Source: Elusimicrobiota bacterium (lineage in GTDB: Bacteria; Elusimicrobiota; Elusimicrobia; FEN-1173). Taken from it: DNA of 64,000 nt. The translations under genes and the position numbers were made by a program. The notes beneath the pieces are model-generated. The model saw only the letters and a list, made by a program, of their open reading frames with translations. It did no database searches and was not told the origin of the DNA. Of this stretch, positions 54,180 to 63,112 are shown piece after piece. The stretch covers positions 39,262 through 103,261 of the forward strand of contig JAEURZ010000003.1 of the NCBI GenBank assembly GCA_016788905.1, written 5' to 3'. The first letter of the stretch is position 1; every line of letters begins with the position of its first letter.

Positions 54180-56557
54180 AGGCTTCCTTTCTTTGGTTGA
54201 AAGAGTTCGTCGAATTTTCCGAAACTCCCCAGGAGATCGCCGCGCTATTGCTGAAGCAGGGATTTGAGGTGTCCGCTCTTACTCCGGTGGGAGGCGCGGT
54301 GTCCGGCGTGGTGGTGGCTCAGGTGGAGTCGGCCGAAAAGCATCCCAACGCGGACAAGCTTAAACTGTGTGACGTTTTTGACGGAACCTCCCATTTTCAG
54401 GTGGTCTGTGGAGCGCCCAACGTTGAGGCGGGGCATCGATATCCGTTCGCCCGCTTGGGAGCCCGGTTGCCGGATGGGCTTGTGATTGAGAAACGGCCCC
54501 TGCGGGGGATCGATTCCCACGGGATGCTTTGTTCCTCTCGGGAGTTGGGGCTTGGTCCCGACCACTCCGGTCTTTACCTTCTTCCGAACGAAGCTCCCTT
54601 GGGTCAAGACGTTTTGGAAACGCTCGCGCTTAACGATGTTATTCTCGATGTGGAAGTGACTCCCAACCGACCTGATGCGCTTTCCCACTGGGGTCTCGCT
54701 CGTGAGATCGCTGCGGGGCTGGGGAAACCTGTTCGGTGGCCTGCCTTGTCGATTCCGGTGGTTCCCCGAAAAACGGGTTTGGTCCGGGTGGAGGAACGAA
54801 CGCTGTGCGGCCGATATGTGGCCCGTGTTCTCGATTCCGTGCGGGTGGCGCCATCCCCCCTGTGGATGCGTCTTCGGTTGGAGCGATGCGGGATTCGGTC
54901 CATTAATAATGTGGTGGATGTGACCAACTACGTTTTGCTGGAATTGGGTCATCCCCTTCACGTCTTTGATCGTGCCCGGCTAGCGGGGGGATCGGTTGTT
55001 GTTCGTTTGGGAGGCGCCGGAGAGAAATTGGAATGTTTAGACGGGGTCACCCGAACCGTGGATGGGGTTCTTGTCATTGCGGATGGTAAAGGTCCTGTGG
55101 CCGCGGCGGGGGTGATGGGGGGGCAGGGGACTGGCGTGGGGGAAAACACAACGTCTGTTTTGTTGGAAAGCGCACGATTTTTGCCGTCTCATGTTCGGCG
55201 CTCCCGCGGCCGATTGAACGTGTCCACCGAAAGTTCCTACCGTTTTGAACGGGGGACCGATTTTGAAATGACGGAGAAGGCCAGCTGTCGTGCGGCGGCC
55301 TTGATTCAGTCTCTGGCCGGTGGCGTGATGGTGGCGGAAGAGGACGCCCGGAGTGAAATGGCGACGCCGAAGCCCATTGAAGTTTCCTTTGAACGACTTT
55401 TGCGTCTTTTGGGATTGTCGGTGAGCCTGGCTGACGTTAAAAACGCTTTGGAAAGTTTTGGTTTTGTGTGCGAAGGCGGGGACCCTTTGTTGCGCGTAAC
55501 GCCGCCTCTTCATCGGGCGGATGTGCAGGACACTCCGGACATCGTTGAAGAAGTGGCGCGTCGGATCGGTTACGATCGTATCCCTGGCCGTGTGCGGGCG
55601 GCGGTGTCCGATGGGCCGGCGCTTCCGCTTGTCCGTTCGCTTTCACTCCGTGCACGGGATAAATTGATCGGGCTTGGGTTTTGGGAAGCTGTTCAAAGCG
55701 GGTTGGTTCCTCGAACGTTGTGGGACCGTTGGGCGGGGCCCACCGGCGAAAACCCGGTGGAACTATCCAACCCTCTTTCTTTGACCGGAGAATGTCTGAA
55801 CCCCAGTCTCTTGGTGAACCTTTTGGTGTGTCTGGCGGGTAATGTTCGGCGGGGATCCCGTGACGCTCGACTGTTCGAATCGGCCCGGGCCTTTCACCGT
55901 AAGGGGGGGGCGGTGGTGGAAGCGGATCATATCGCTTGGGCGGCCACGGGGCGGGACCACGCGGATCACTGGAAATATCGCTCGCGTCCCTTGGAAATGT
56001 GGGACGCCCGGGCCTGGTCTGAGGCGCTTCTGAACGAGTGGCGTTTGGAAGGTATTTCTTTTAAAGTGGAACCCCTCCCCTTTCTCCACCCGGCCGAATC
56101 CCAAACGATTTGGCGGGGTGAGGAACGTTTGGGTTATTTCGGACGGGTGCATCCCCTTCAAGCGGAAATGTGGGCGTTGCCGTCCGATACGTTTGTGGGG
56201 GAGTATAACCTGTCGGTGGCGGTGGGGGGACCTTTTGTCGAACGAAATTACCGAGGACTTTCCCGTCAGCCGGCCTTGGTTCGTGATTTCTCCCTGGTGT
56301 TTCCCGAGGGAGTTCCTTGGGCGTCCATCGTCTCGTGGATCAACCGTGAGTGCGCATGGGTGGAGGCTGTTGAACTTTTTGATGTGTTTCATGGGCAGGG
56401 ACTTCCAGCGGGGACGCGGAGCCTCGCGTTTCGGGTCACGTTTCGGCATTCCGATCGAACTCTTACCGACGAGGAAGCTCAGACTTTGCACGAACGGGTG
56501 CTGACCGGATTGGAGAAAGCCCATGGGGCCCATCTCCGGGTGGCTATCCCCTCATGA
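54176..56557 (+). CDS. pheT: phenylalanine--tRNA ligase beta subunit
   Basis: tRNA-binding N-domain 'GVVVAQVESAEKHPNADKLKLC', B3/4 and B5 regions, C-terminal FDX-ACB; GTGA overlap with pheS. Confidence 0.9.
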   Translation: MKASFLWLKEFVEFSETPQEIAALLLKQGFEVSALTPVGGAVSGVVVAQVESAEKHPNADKLKLCDVFDGTSHFQVVCGAPNVEAGHRYPFARLGARLPDGLVIEKRPLRGIDSHGMLCSSRELGLGPDHSGLYLLPNEAPLGQDVLETLALNDVILDVEVTPNRPDALSHWGLAREIAAGLGKPVRWPALSIPVVPRKTGLVRVEERTLCGRYVARVLDSVRVAPSPLWMRLRLERCGIRSINNVVDVTNYVLLELGHPLHVFDRARLAGGSVVVRLGGAGEKLECLDGVTRTVDGVLVIADGKGPVAAAGVMGGQGTGVGENTTSVLLESARFLPSHVRRSRGRLNVSTESSYRFERGTDFEMTEKASCRAAALIQSLAGGVMVAEEDARSEMATPKPIEVSFERLLRLLGLSVSLADVKNALESFGFVCEGGDPLLRVTPPLHRADVQDTPDIVEEVARRIGYDRIPGRVRAAVSDGPALPLVRSLSLRARDKLIGLGFWEAVQSGLVPRTLWDRWAGPTGENPVELSNPLSLTGECLNPSLLVNLLVCLAGNVRRGSRDARLFESARAFHRKGGAVVEADHIAWAATGRDHADHWKYRSRPLEMWDARAWSEALLNEWRLEGISFKVEPLPFLHPAESQTIWRGEERLGYFGRVHPLQAEMWALPSDTFVGEYNLSVAVGGPFVERNYRGLSRQPALVRDFSLVFPEGVPWASIVSWINRECAWVEAVELFDVFHGQGLPAGTRSLAFRVTFRHSDRTLTDEEAQTLHERVLTGLEKAHGAHLRVAIPS

Positions 56558-57288
56558 GCCCCACGCCCCGTTTTCGCCCTGAACGACAGGTCGCCACGGT
56601 GGCCTTGTTGGGTACCCTCTTAACCCTGTTGTCAGGATGCGTCTACCTGCGTCTTCTTGAAGTCAAGAAACAACTTCAAAATTTCGATACCCACTTTGCT
56701 ATTGGAGGTCGGTCGAATCTCGTCATTGAATTTAAGAAACCGGTTCTTCGTTTAAAAGACACCCGTTTTCTTGTTGGGGCGGAACCTCTTTTTCAAACAG
56801 AAAATAACGGGGAGGTCCTCCTTCACTATGAATTTAATTTGGTCCATCGCTCCTCCGTTCCCTCTCCGCCGCCGTTAAACCGATTGAGCTTGGATCTGGT
56901 CTCCCGCGATGGGCGTTTGGCCAAAATCATTGTGCCTGAAAAGTTCATGCTCCTCTTTCCGCGAAACGTTATATTGGAAACGCTGAAGCAGGCGAAGGAC
57001 GCCGAAGTGTTTGAACTAAAAAAAATGGCCCGGGGACTCATTCATTTGCCCCCCGATATTGAAGCGGAACTTCCCAGTCACGAAAAGACGTTAATGTTGC
57101 TGGGCAATCCCGCGGTCAGTGTTCCTGAAAATGATTTGCAAGTCTTATCCTATCGTTACGCCATTTCCAGCGCGACCCGGGATGTTCCCATTTTGGCTCA
57201 CCTGAGTTTTGACGCGTCTGGTCTTCTTAAAAAAGTGCATGTGCGGTGGGACCAGTCTTCCATCGAGGCACTTTTTATTCGGGAGTAG
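56554..57288 (+). CDS. hypothetical lipoprotein
   Basis: Lipobox 'LLTLLSGC'; no other motifs; ATGA overlap with pheT. Confidence 0.55.
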   Translation: MSPTPRFRPERQVATVALLGTLLTLLSGCVYLRLLEVKKQLQNFDTHFAIGGRSNLVIEFKKPVLRLKDTRFLVGAEPLFQTENNGEVLLHYEFNLVHRSSVPSPPPLNRLSLDLVSRDGRLAKIIVPEKFMLLFPRNVILETLKQAKDAEVFELKKMARGLIHLPPDIEAELPSHEKTLMLLGNPAVSVPENDLQVLSYRYAISSATRDVPILAHLSFDASGLLKKVHVRWDQSSIEALFIRE

Positions 57289-57291
57289 TGT

Positions 57292-58500
57292 TTGGGGCGC
57301 TGGCTCTGTCTGCTCGGTGTTGGCGTTTTTCTGTCCGCCTGCTTAGGTCCGGTTCCCTCCTCGCGTGAGTCCCCTGTTGCGCCGCGCCCCTTTGACAGTG
57401 GTCTTGGGGGCAATTCCCATTCGTTGGTTCGCCTTTCCCCCGCTGAAATTCCCTCTCTGATTGACGATTCTTCTATCCCGGAACTGGTCGTCGCTGTTCA
57501 GCAGAGTGTGGGGTATTATCGATCGCTTCCTTCCGACCGTTTTTTTTATTTGGGTCCCGATGTTTACACGGCGGACGAAATGGCCGCGTCCCTGGAACAT
57601 TTTCTTTTCGTGATGGAGGGTGAGAAGGGAGACCGTCGGGAAGCCCTGGCGCGAGATTTCCATGTCTACGCTTCAGTGGGGTCAGACCACCAGGGCACGG
57701 TGGTCTACAGCGCCTATTACGAGCACAGTTTACAGGCCTCTCTGAAAAAGACGAAAAGGTTTCGGTTTCCCTTGTATGGGCGACCACCGGATCTGGAGGA
57801 AGAGCGGTTTCCGAACGGGGACCGTCGGGTCTTCCGGAAATCGAATCTCGGGCGGACGCCCTATTACACGCGGAAGGATATTGATTCGGATTTCGTTTTG
57901 GCGGGGCGCGATTTGGAAATTGCGTGGGCCGATGACCCTGTGGAAATATTTTTTCTGCAGGTTCAGGGGTCCGGCTGGTTGCTTCTCCCTGATGGCAGCC
58001 GGGTCCGGGTCCGTTACGCGGGAAACAACGGGCACCCGTATCAGTCGGTGGGAGGGGCGATGATCGAGCAGGGGATCCTTCCACGGAAAAAGTTTAGTCG
58101 GAAGGCCATGGTGGACTATTTGGCGTCCCACCCGGACGAACGGCAGAAGATTTTGAATAAAAATTCCCGCTACATTTTTTTTAAAATTGATCAGGGGTCG
58201 TTAAAGGATAAGGCCGTTGGTTCCTTGAACCTGCCGTTAACCCCAGGCCGGTCGGTGGCCCTAGATCCCCAGGTATTCCCGCCGGGCGCTCTGGCGTGGA
58301 TGTCTACTTCGGGGAGAAACAACGTTCAACGATTCGTGTTAAGTCAGGACGAAGGAGGGGCGATCAAGGGGCCCGGGCGGGTGGACTATTTTGTGGGAAG
58401 TGGAGCGGAAGCGGAGGCCTACGCTGTGGGGTTATGGGAAAAAGGACGACTTTTCTTTTTGGCCAAGAAGCGAGGAGGGACGGCAGGGGGCGGTCGTTGA
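57292..58500 (+). CDS. mltA: membrane-bound lytic murein transglycosylase A-like lipoprotein
   Basis: Lipobox 'GVFLSAC'; MltA-like 'LQVQGSGWLLLPDGSRVRVRYAGNNGHPYQS' and 3D-domain-like C-terminus '...YFVGSGAEAEAYAVGLWEKGRLFFL'. Confidence 0.6.
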   Translation: MGRWLCLLGVGVFLSACLGPVPSSRESPVAPRPFDSGLGGNSHSLVRLSPAEIPSLIDDSSIPELVVAVQQSVGYYRSLPSDRFFYLGPDVYTADEMAASLEHFLFVMEGEKGDRREALARDFHVYASVGSDHQGTVVYSAYYEHSLQASLKKTKRFRFPLYGRPPDLEEERFPNGDRRVFRKSNLGRTPYYTRKDIDSDFVLAGRDLEIAWADDPVEIFFLQVQGSGWLLLPDGSRVRVRYAGNNGHPYQSVGGAMIEQGILPRKKFSRKAMVDYLASHPDERQKILNKNSRYIFFKIDQGSLKDKAVGSLNLPLTPGRSVALDPQVFPPGALAWMSTSGRNNVQRFVLSQDEGGAIKGPGRVDYFVGSGAEAEAYAVGLWEKGRLFFLAKKRGGTAGGGR

Positions 58501-59339
58501 GGGATGAGGGACGGAGAACGGGCGGCCCGTTGTTCGGGGGGCTCTCCCGGGGGAACGAATGTAAAGCTCGTGCGGGGTGTTTGTTGGCGAACAGCGAAAA
58601 AAACGCCTTTTCGGAATTGACTCTTCGCCATAAGCGAACCTCCCCAACTCACGGGAAGGGGAGAAATCCCTTTCATTTTTTGACTCAACTTCACCACTAA
58701 GGAAGCCAGGTGGTTTTGGGCCTCGTGAATGATCTGGGCACAACGGGAATCCCGGGCAGACCGTCGGAATACTGTTTTTGCCAGAGCGGCTGTTTCTTTG
58801 ATCGACAAACCTGTTAACGGAAGAGCGTTCCGTTTTAAAAACTCGTTTCCCATCCACCAGCCGCTTCCCTCGTCGCCCCGTTTGGGGCCAAGCCCCCCCA
58901 CCCGAATCCATCGTCCCGTTTGAGTTATTCCCATCGCGATGGACCCGGTCCCCGCCACGAGAAAAATTCCAACCGTTCCCTTTCTCGGGTGCCCCAGGGC
59001 GGTGTGGATCGCCAGCTCAATATCCGAGAGAGTGTTCACGGTTTTGGCCAAGGAAGAAAGTTTTCGGGCAAGTTTTTTGCGTTCCGAAAGAGTCCATATT
59101 CCTTTTGACCCGACGATCAAACGTTGAACGTTGTTCCATTCGTTTCGCTTCCAAAGCGAATGGAGAACCGGGACCAACTGCTCGAGGGAGACCCCATTCT
59201 TTTTCCATTTGTAGAGCGCGCGTGTGGATCCTTTCGCGGCCGCCAGGCGCAACCAACTTCCTCCCAGATCCACGACCACGGTGGTGGGCGATTTCGTTTT
59301 AGTTGACCTGCTCCGCAGGATCTGGGGTTCGATGATCAT
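58419..59339 (-). CDS. BadF/BadG/BcrA/BcrD-type ATPase; candidate MurNAc/GlcNAc kinase (MurK-like)
   Basis: ASKHA fold 'VVVDLGGSWLRLAAA', 'GIFLVAGTGSIAMG'. ATGA coupling to nagZ. 3' end overlaps the mltA 3' end convergently by 82 nt. Confidence 0.6.
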   Translation of the reverse strand: MIIEPQILRSRSTKTKSPTTVVVDLGGSWLRLAAAKGSTRALYKWKKNGVSLEQLVPVLHSLWKRNEWNNVQRLIVGSKGIWTLSERKKLARKLSSLAKTVNTLSDIELAIHTALGHPRKGTVGIFLVAGTGSIAMGITQTGRWIRVGGLGPKRGDEGSGWWMGNEFLKRNALPLTGLSIKETAALAKTVFRRSARDSRCAQIIHEAQNHLASLVVKLSQKMKGISPLPVSWGGSLMAKSQFRKGVFFAVRQQTPRTSFTFVPPGEPPEQRAARSPSLIPQRPPPAVPPRFLAKKKSRPFSHNPTA

Positions 59340-60916
59340 CGGAAGCCTTTTTGTCTCCGCTCCGTGGCTTTTTCTCTCATAGGGGACCCTAGGGGGGAAT
59401 CCGAGCTGAATATCTTTTTTAGGCAGGCCTCCAGTTGGACTTGGCGGAAGCCAAAGGCGTTGACGATCGTGGTGGACGGTTTAGAGAATTCTTCGTCATA
59501 GGGATCCCGCATCAAGACCACGACCAACGAACGAATCTTTTTTTCAAGAATTTTTAATAGTTTGTAATTTCCCGGTTGCAGGTGGGCGTCATAACAAAAG
59601 AAAATAGTGGCGGCGCAGGATTCACTTTTCTGTACCGCCGTGCGTATTTCCTCCTGATTCGGGTTGATCGTGAGTAAATGAATCCGAGCCGAAGAAGAGG
59701 GGGGAATGCATTTCCGCAGGAATGTTTTTTCCTGGCAAAGGGCCGGTTCGATCATGATTGTTTTGGCCAGATCGGACAAGCGGGGGAAAAGGATTTGAAA
59801 AGGGCCCCCGATTCGGATCGGAAGCGGTTGGCGGCCTTCCCTTACATTCACCGCCCCTTGAGCCACGGTTTCCGCGAGTGGAGCGCCCGATCGTTCGGAG
59901 CAAGGGACCCCTGGGGCAAAGCGAGTTCGGTTTCTCCCCCGAAGGGCACGGAGGCGTTCCACGGACCGTTCCAGATCTTTGATCTTCAATTCACCGGAGA
60001 CGTAAGCGTCCCGAAGGTTCCGGAAAACGTCCCGTTGGAGATCACGTTTGTGGCAACAAAGGATCAGATCGTGGCCCGCCCGTGCGGCGAGCACGGCCGC
60101 CCGACCGACAGGCGCCAATCCCCGTAACGCGCCCATTTCCAAATCGTCGGACGCCACGACACCGCGAAAGTCCAGTTCCTTTCGCAACACGTCCGTGATC
60201 AGTCGGCGTGAGAACGTGGCGGGTGTTTTTGGGTGAGGATCGAGGTTCGGGTACAAAGGGTGGGACGACATGACCATGTCCACCCCGGCCTGGATGGCGG
60301 CCTGAAAGGGGATCAGGTGGTGTTTCCTCCATTCGCGCCATTTGACGGGGATGACGGGGAGATCGAGATGGGGGTCACGGGTGGCGGGGCCCAGGCCGGG
60401 GAAATGTTTGGCGCAGCCGCTCACCCCTTCGTTCTGGAGCGCCCGGATTCGAGCTGTGGCGAGCCGGGCCACAATTTCCGGATCGGGGCCGTAGGAACGA
60501 ATTCCAATATTGGGGCTGAAGGCTTTCGTTAGAACGTCCACGGTAGGGGAAAAGGAGACATCCATGCCCAGCCGACGAAGTTCCCGGCCTTCGATGGTTC
60601 CCTCCGCGCGAGCGGCACTTGTTTTTCCGTAACGGCCGAACGCCAGGTTGTCGGGAAAAACAGTGACCCCGGACTGGAACATGATCACACGTCCCCCTTC
60701 GTGATCTACGGTGACCAGGAGCCGTCGACCGAGGGCTTGTTCCATGTCTTGAAGGAGAGCTCGGATTTGAGTGGGAGAACGGAAGTTGATGCGAAACAGG
60801 ATAAGACCTGCGGCGTGTGTTTCACGAAAAAAGAGAATATCGTCCCGTGTGGCTCGGGGGCCCGGAAGACCAAAAATCAATGTTTCCCCAATGAGGGACT
60901 CGAGGGTGTCGGTCAT
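59336..60916 (-). CDS. nagZ: beta-N-acetylhexosaminidase NagZ (GH3) with C-terminal extension
   Basis: 'GLILFRINFRSPTQIRALLQDMEQALGRRLLVTVDHEGGRV', 'KHFPGLGPATRDPHLDLP'. Start at the internal ATG 60916. The ~150 aa upstream extension in the ORF track has no homology-like features. Confidence 0.8.
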   Translation of the reverse strand: MTDTLESLIGETLIFGLPGPRATRDDILFFRETHAAGLILFRINFRSPTQIRALLQDMEQALGRRLLVTVDHEGGRVIMFQSGVTVFPDNLAFGRYGKTSAARAEGTIEGRELRRLGMDVSFSPTVDVLTKAFSPNIGIRSYGPDPEIVARLATARIRALQNEGVSGCAKHFPGLGPATRDPHLDLPVIPVKWREWRKHHLIPFQAAIQAGVDMVMSSHPLYPNLDPHPKTPATFSRRLITDVLRKELDFRGVVASDDLEMGALRGLAPVGRAAVLAARAGHDLILCCHKRDLQRDVFRNLRDAYVSGELKIKDLERSVERLRALRGRNRTRFAPGVPCSERSGAPLAETVAQGAVNVREGRQPLPIRIGGPFQILFPRLSDLAKTIMIEPALCQEKTFLRKCIPPSSSARIHLLTINPNQEEIRTAVQKSESCAATIFFCYDAHLQPGNYKLLKILEKKIRSLVVVLMRDPYDEEFSKPSTTIVNAFGFRQVQLEACLKKIFSSDSPLGSPMREKATERRQKGFR

Positions 60917-61006
60917 GGGACCTGGAGGGCGTCCGCGGGATCGGGACACAAGAATGATTTTTTTGGAGACTCTAAAAGGGGCGCTAAAATTGATATTCTC
61001 CTCGAT

Positions 61007-61900
61007 ATGGACGTTCGTTCTTACGCTCGACTTCCCACGGAAAAACCCCACCCTCGGTCCGCAGGGTTGGACCGGCTTTCCCCTGGGGGCCAATTCGACC
61101 TGATGAACCAAGATAATTTCGCCGCCGCGAAGGCGGTGGCCAGCGTCAAGCGGGATGTCCTTCGCGCCGTGAATCTGCTGGTCGACCGGATGTCCCGCGG
61201 GGGCCGGGTGTTCCTTGTGGGGGCCGGGACCAGCGGTCGCCTGTGCGTTTTGGAAGCCGCGGAATGTCCGCCCACGTTCGGTACGTCCCCGACCCTCGTT
61301 CAGGCCCTTATGGCCGGGGGAAGACCCAGTGTTTTCCGATCGAAAGAAGGTGCGGAAGACCAAGCCCAGGAACTTGAAAAAAAATTAGGTTCCCTTCTTC
61401 AACCGTCGGACGTTGTGGTGGCGGTCGCTGCCAGTGGCGTTACGGCTTTTGCCGGTGCCGCCTTGGTCCTGGCTCGGAGGCGTCGCGCGGCCACTGTTTT
61501 TGTGACGTGCAACCCCCAGTCTTCCGTTCCGGCCGACGCGCGTGTTCGGCTCCGCACCGGGCCGGAAGTTTTGGCCGGGTCCACCCGGTTGAAGGCTGGC
61601 ACGGCCACCAAGATGATACTAAACATGCTGACCACTCTGACCATGGTGCGGTTGGGAAAAGTGTATGGCCCCTGGATGGTGGACCTACAGCCCCGTTCCA
61701 AAAAACTGGTGGCCCGCGCCACCCATTTGATTTCCCTTTTGGGTCGCACCTCAACGGCGGAGGCGGCGTCCCTGTTGCGCCGTTCTGGGGGGAAAGTTAA
61801 AACCGCGATCGTGATGGCGCGGCACGGGGTCTCGCGTTTTGAGGCCGAGCGCCGGTTGGTCCAAGCGGGAGGTTTTCTTCGGGAGGTTTTGATTCCATGA
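61007..61900 (+). CDS. murQ: N-acetylmuramic acid 6-phosphate etherase
   Basis: SIS domain 'GGRVFLVGAGTSGRLCVLEAAECPPTFG', 'TAAEAASLL'; divergent from nagZ. Confidence 0.8.
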   Translation: MDVRSYARLPTEKPHPRSAGLDRLSPGGQFDLMNQDNFAAAKAVASVKRDVLRAVNLLVDRMSRGGRVFLVGAGTSGRLCVLEAAECPPTFGTSPTLVQALMAGGRPSVFRSKEGAEDQAQELEKKLGSLLQPSDVVVAVAASGVTAFAGAALVLARRRRAATVFVTCNPQSSVPADARVRLRTGPEVLAGSTRLKAGTATKMILNMLTTLTMVRLGKVYGPWMVDLQPRSKKLVARATHLISLLGRTSTAEAASLLRRSGGKVKTAIVMARHGVSRFEAERRLVQAGGFLREVLIP

Positions 61901-63096
61901 GGTACGGGTGGGCCTTTCTCTCGCTGATGTTCTTTGGCCTTGGTTCCGTTAACGGGGCCGTGCAGACGGGGTTGGATGTGTTGGTGGAAAATCATTTCGA
62001 GCCCCTTTGGGGGAAACGGGTGGGGGTGATTGCGAATCACGCCGCGGTGGATCGGCACGGGCGCCATTTGGTCGATTATCTCATGGAGGCCCCGGGCGTG
62101 ACGATGGCCGCGGTGTTTTCTCCTGAGCATGGATTTAGTGGCACAGTGGAACATGGGCGGACGGTGAACCATAGTTTATGGGCAGATACCACCATTCCTC
62201 TCTACAGTTTATACGGCGATTCCAAACGCCCAACGGCGGATCAACTTAAAAATCTGGATGTTTTGGTGTGTGATCTTCCCGATGTGGGGGTGCGCTATTA
62301 CACGTACATCACCACCCTGGGGTATGCTTTGGAAGAGGCCGCGAAGGCCGATTTGGAGTTTGTGGTCTTGGACCGGCCCAATCCATTGGGAGGGGCCGTG
62401 GTGGAAGGTTTGGTTCTGTCTACGGGGGTTCGGCACTTTACGGCGTACTATTCCATACCAACCCGTCACGGTCTGACCCTGGGGGAAATTGCCCGCTGGC
62501 ACGATCAAAAGGGGGCATTAAACTCCCGCCTTCTCACCGTGACCATGCGGGGGTGGGAACGGCCCATGTTATGGGAAAACACCGGACTAAAATTCATCCC
62601 ACCTTCCCCCAATATCCCTACCCCGCGAACGGCGCTGCTTTACGCCGGGGTGGGGGCCTTCGAATCCACGAACGTTTCCGTGGGGCGCGGGACGGACACC
62701 CCTTTTGAAGTTTTTGGGGCTCCGTGGATGAAAAATGTGACGGTGGTTAAACGTTTGTCTAAAAAGAAATTACGGGGGGTTCGGTTTAAAGCGGTTGTCT
62801 TTCGGCCGAAAACAGACCGTTACAAAAAGCGGAAATGTTATGGGGTGCGGGTCATCATCACCAACCCCAAGACCGTTCGACCCGTGGATATTTTTGTTCA
62901 CGCGGTCTGTGCGTTGCGCGATATTTCACCAAAGGATTTTAAACCCCGATGGGCCGAAATGCCCCGGGTGGTGGGGTCCTCGGATTTTGAGGTCTGGTTC
63001 AACGCTGGGGAATCGCCAGAGACCATTCTTAACCGGGTGCACGAGAGCGCCGCTGGTTTTAGCGAAGAACGAAAACCTTTCCTCCTTTACCCATGA
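61897..63096 (+). CDS. DUF1343-family exo-beta-N-acetylmuramidase (NamZ/YbbC-like)
   Basis: Signal peptide 'FLSLMFFGLGSVNGA'; 'GKRVGVIANHAAVDRHGRHLVDYL' and overall DUF1343 layout; ATGA overlap with murQ. Confidence 0.7.
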   Translation: MRYGWAFLSLMFFGLGSVNGAVQTGLDVLVENHFEPLWGKRVGVIANHAAVDRHGRHLVDYLMEAPGVTMAAVFSPEHGFSGTVEHGRTVNHSLWADTTIPLYSLYGDSKRPTADQLKNLDVLVCDLPDVGVRYYTYITTLGYALEEAAKADLEFVVLDRPNPLGGAVVEGLVLSTGVRHFTAYYSIPTRHGLTLGEIARWHDQKGALNSRLLTVTMRGWERPMLWENTGLKFIPPSPNIPTPRTALLYAGVGAFESTNVSVGRGTDTPFEVFGAPWMKNVTVVKRLSKKKLRGVRFKAVVFRPKTDRYKKRKCYGVRVIITNPKTVRPVDIFVHAVCALRDISPKDFKPRWAEMPRVVGSSDFEVWFNAGESPETILNRVHESAAGFSEERKPFLLYP

Positions 63097-63112
63097 CGGG
63101 GACTCCCTCCTG

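Noticed and set aside
60917-61363. Extra 149 aa at the N-terminus of the nagZ ORF in the ORF track
   Set aside because: The sequence is low-complexity (R/G/P-rich) and overlaps the divergent murQ promoter region. The conserved NagZ N-terminus begins at the internal ATG at 60916.
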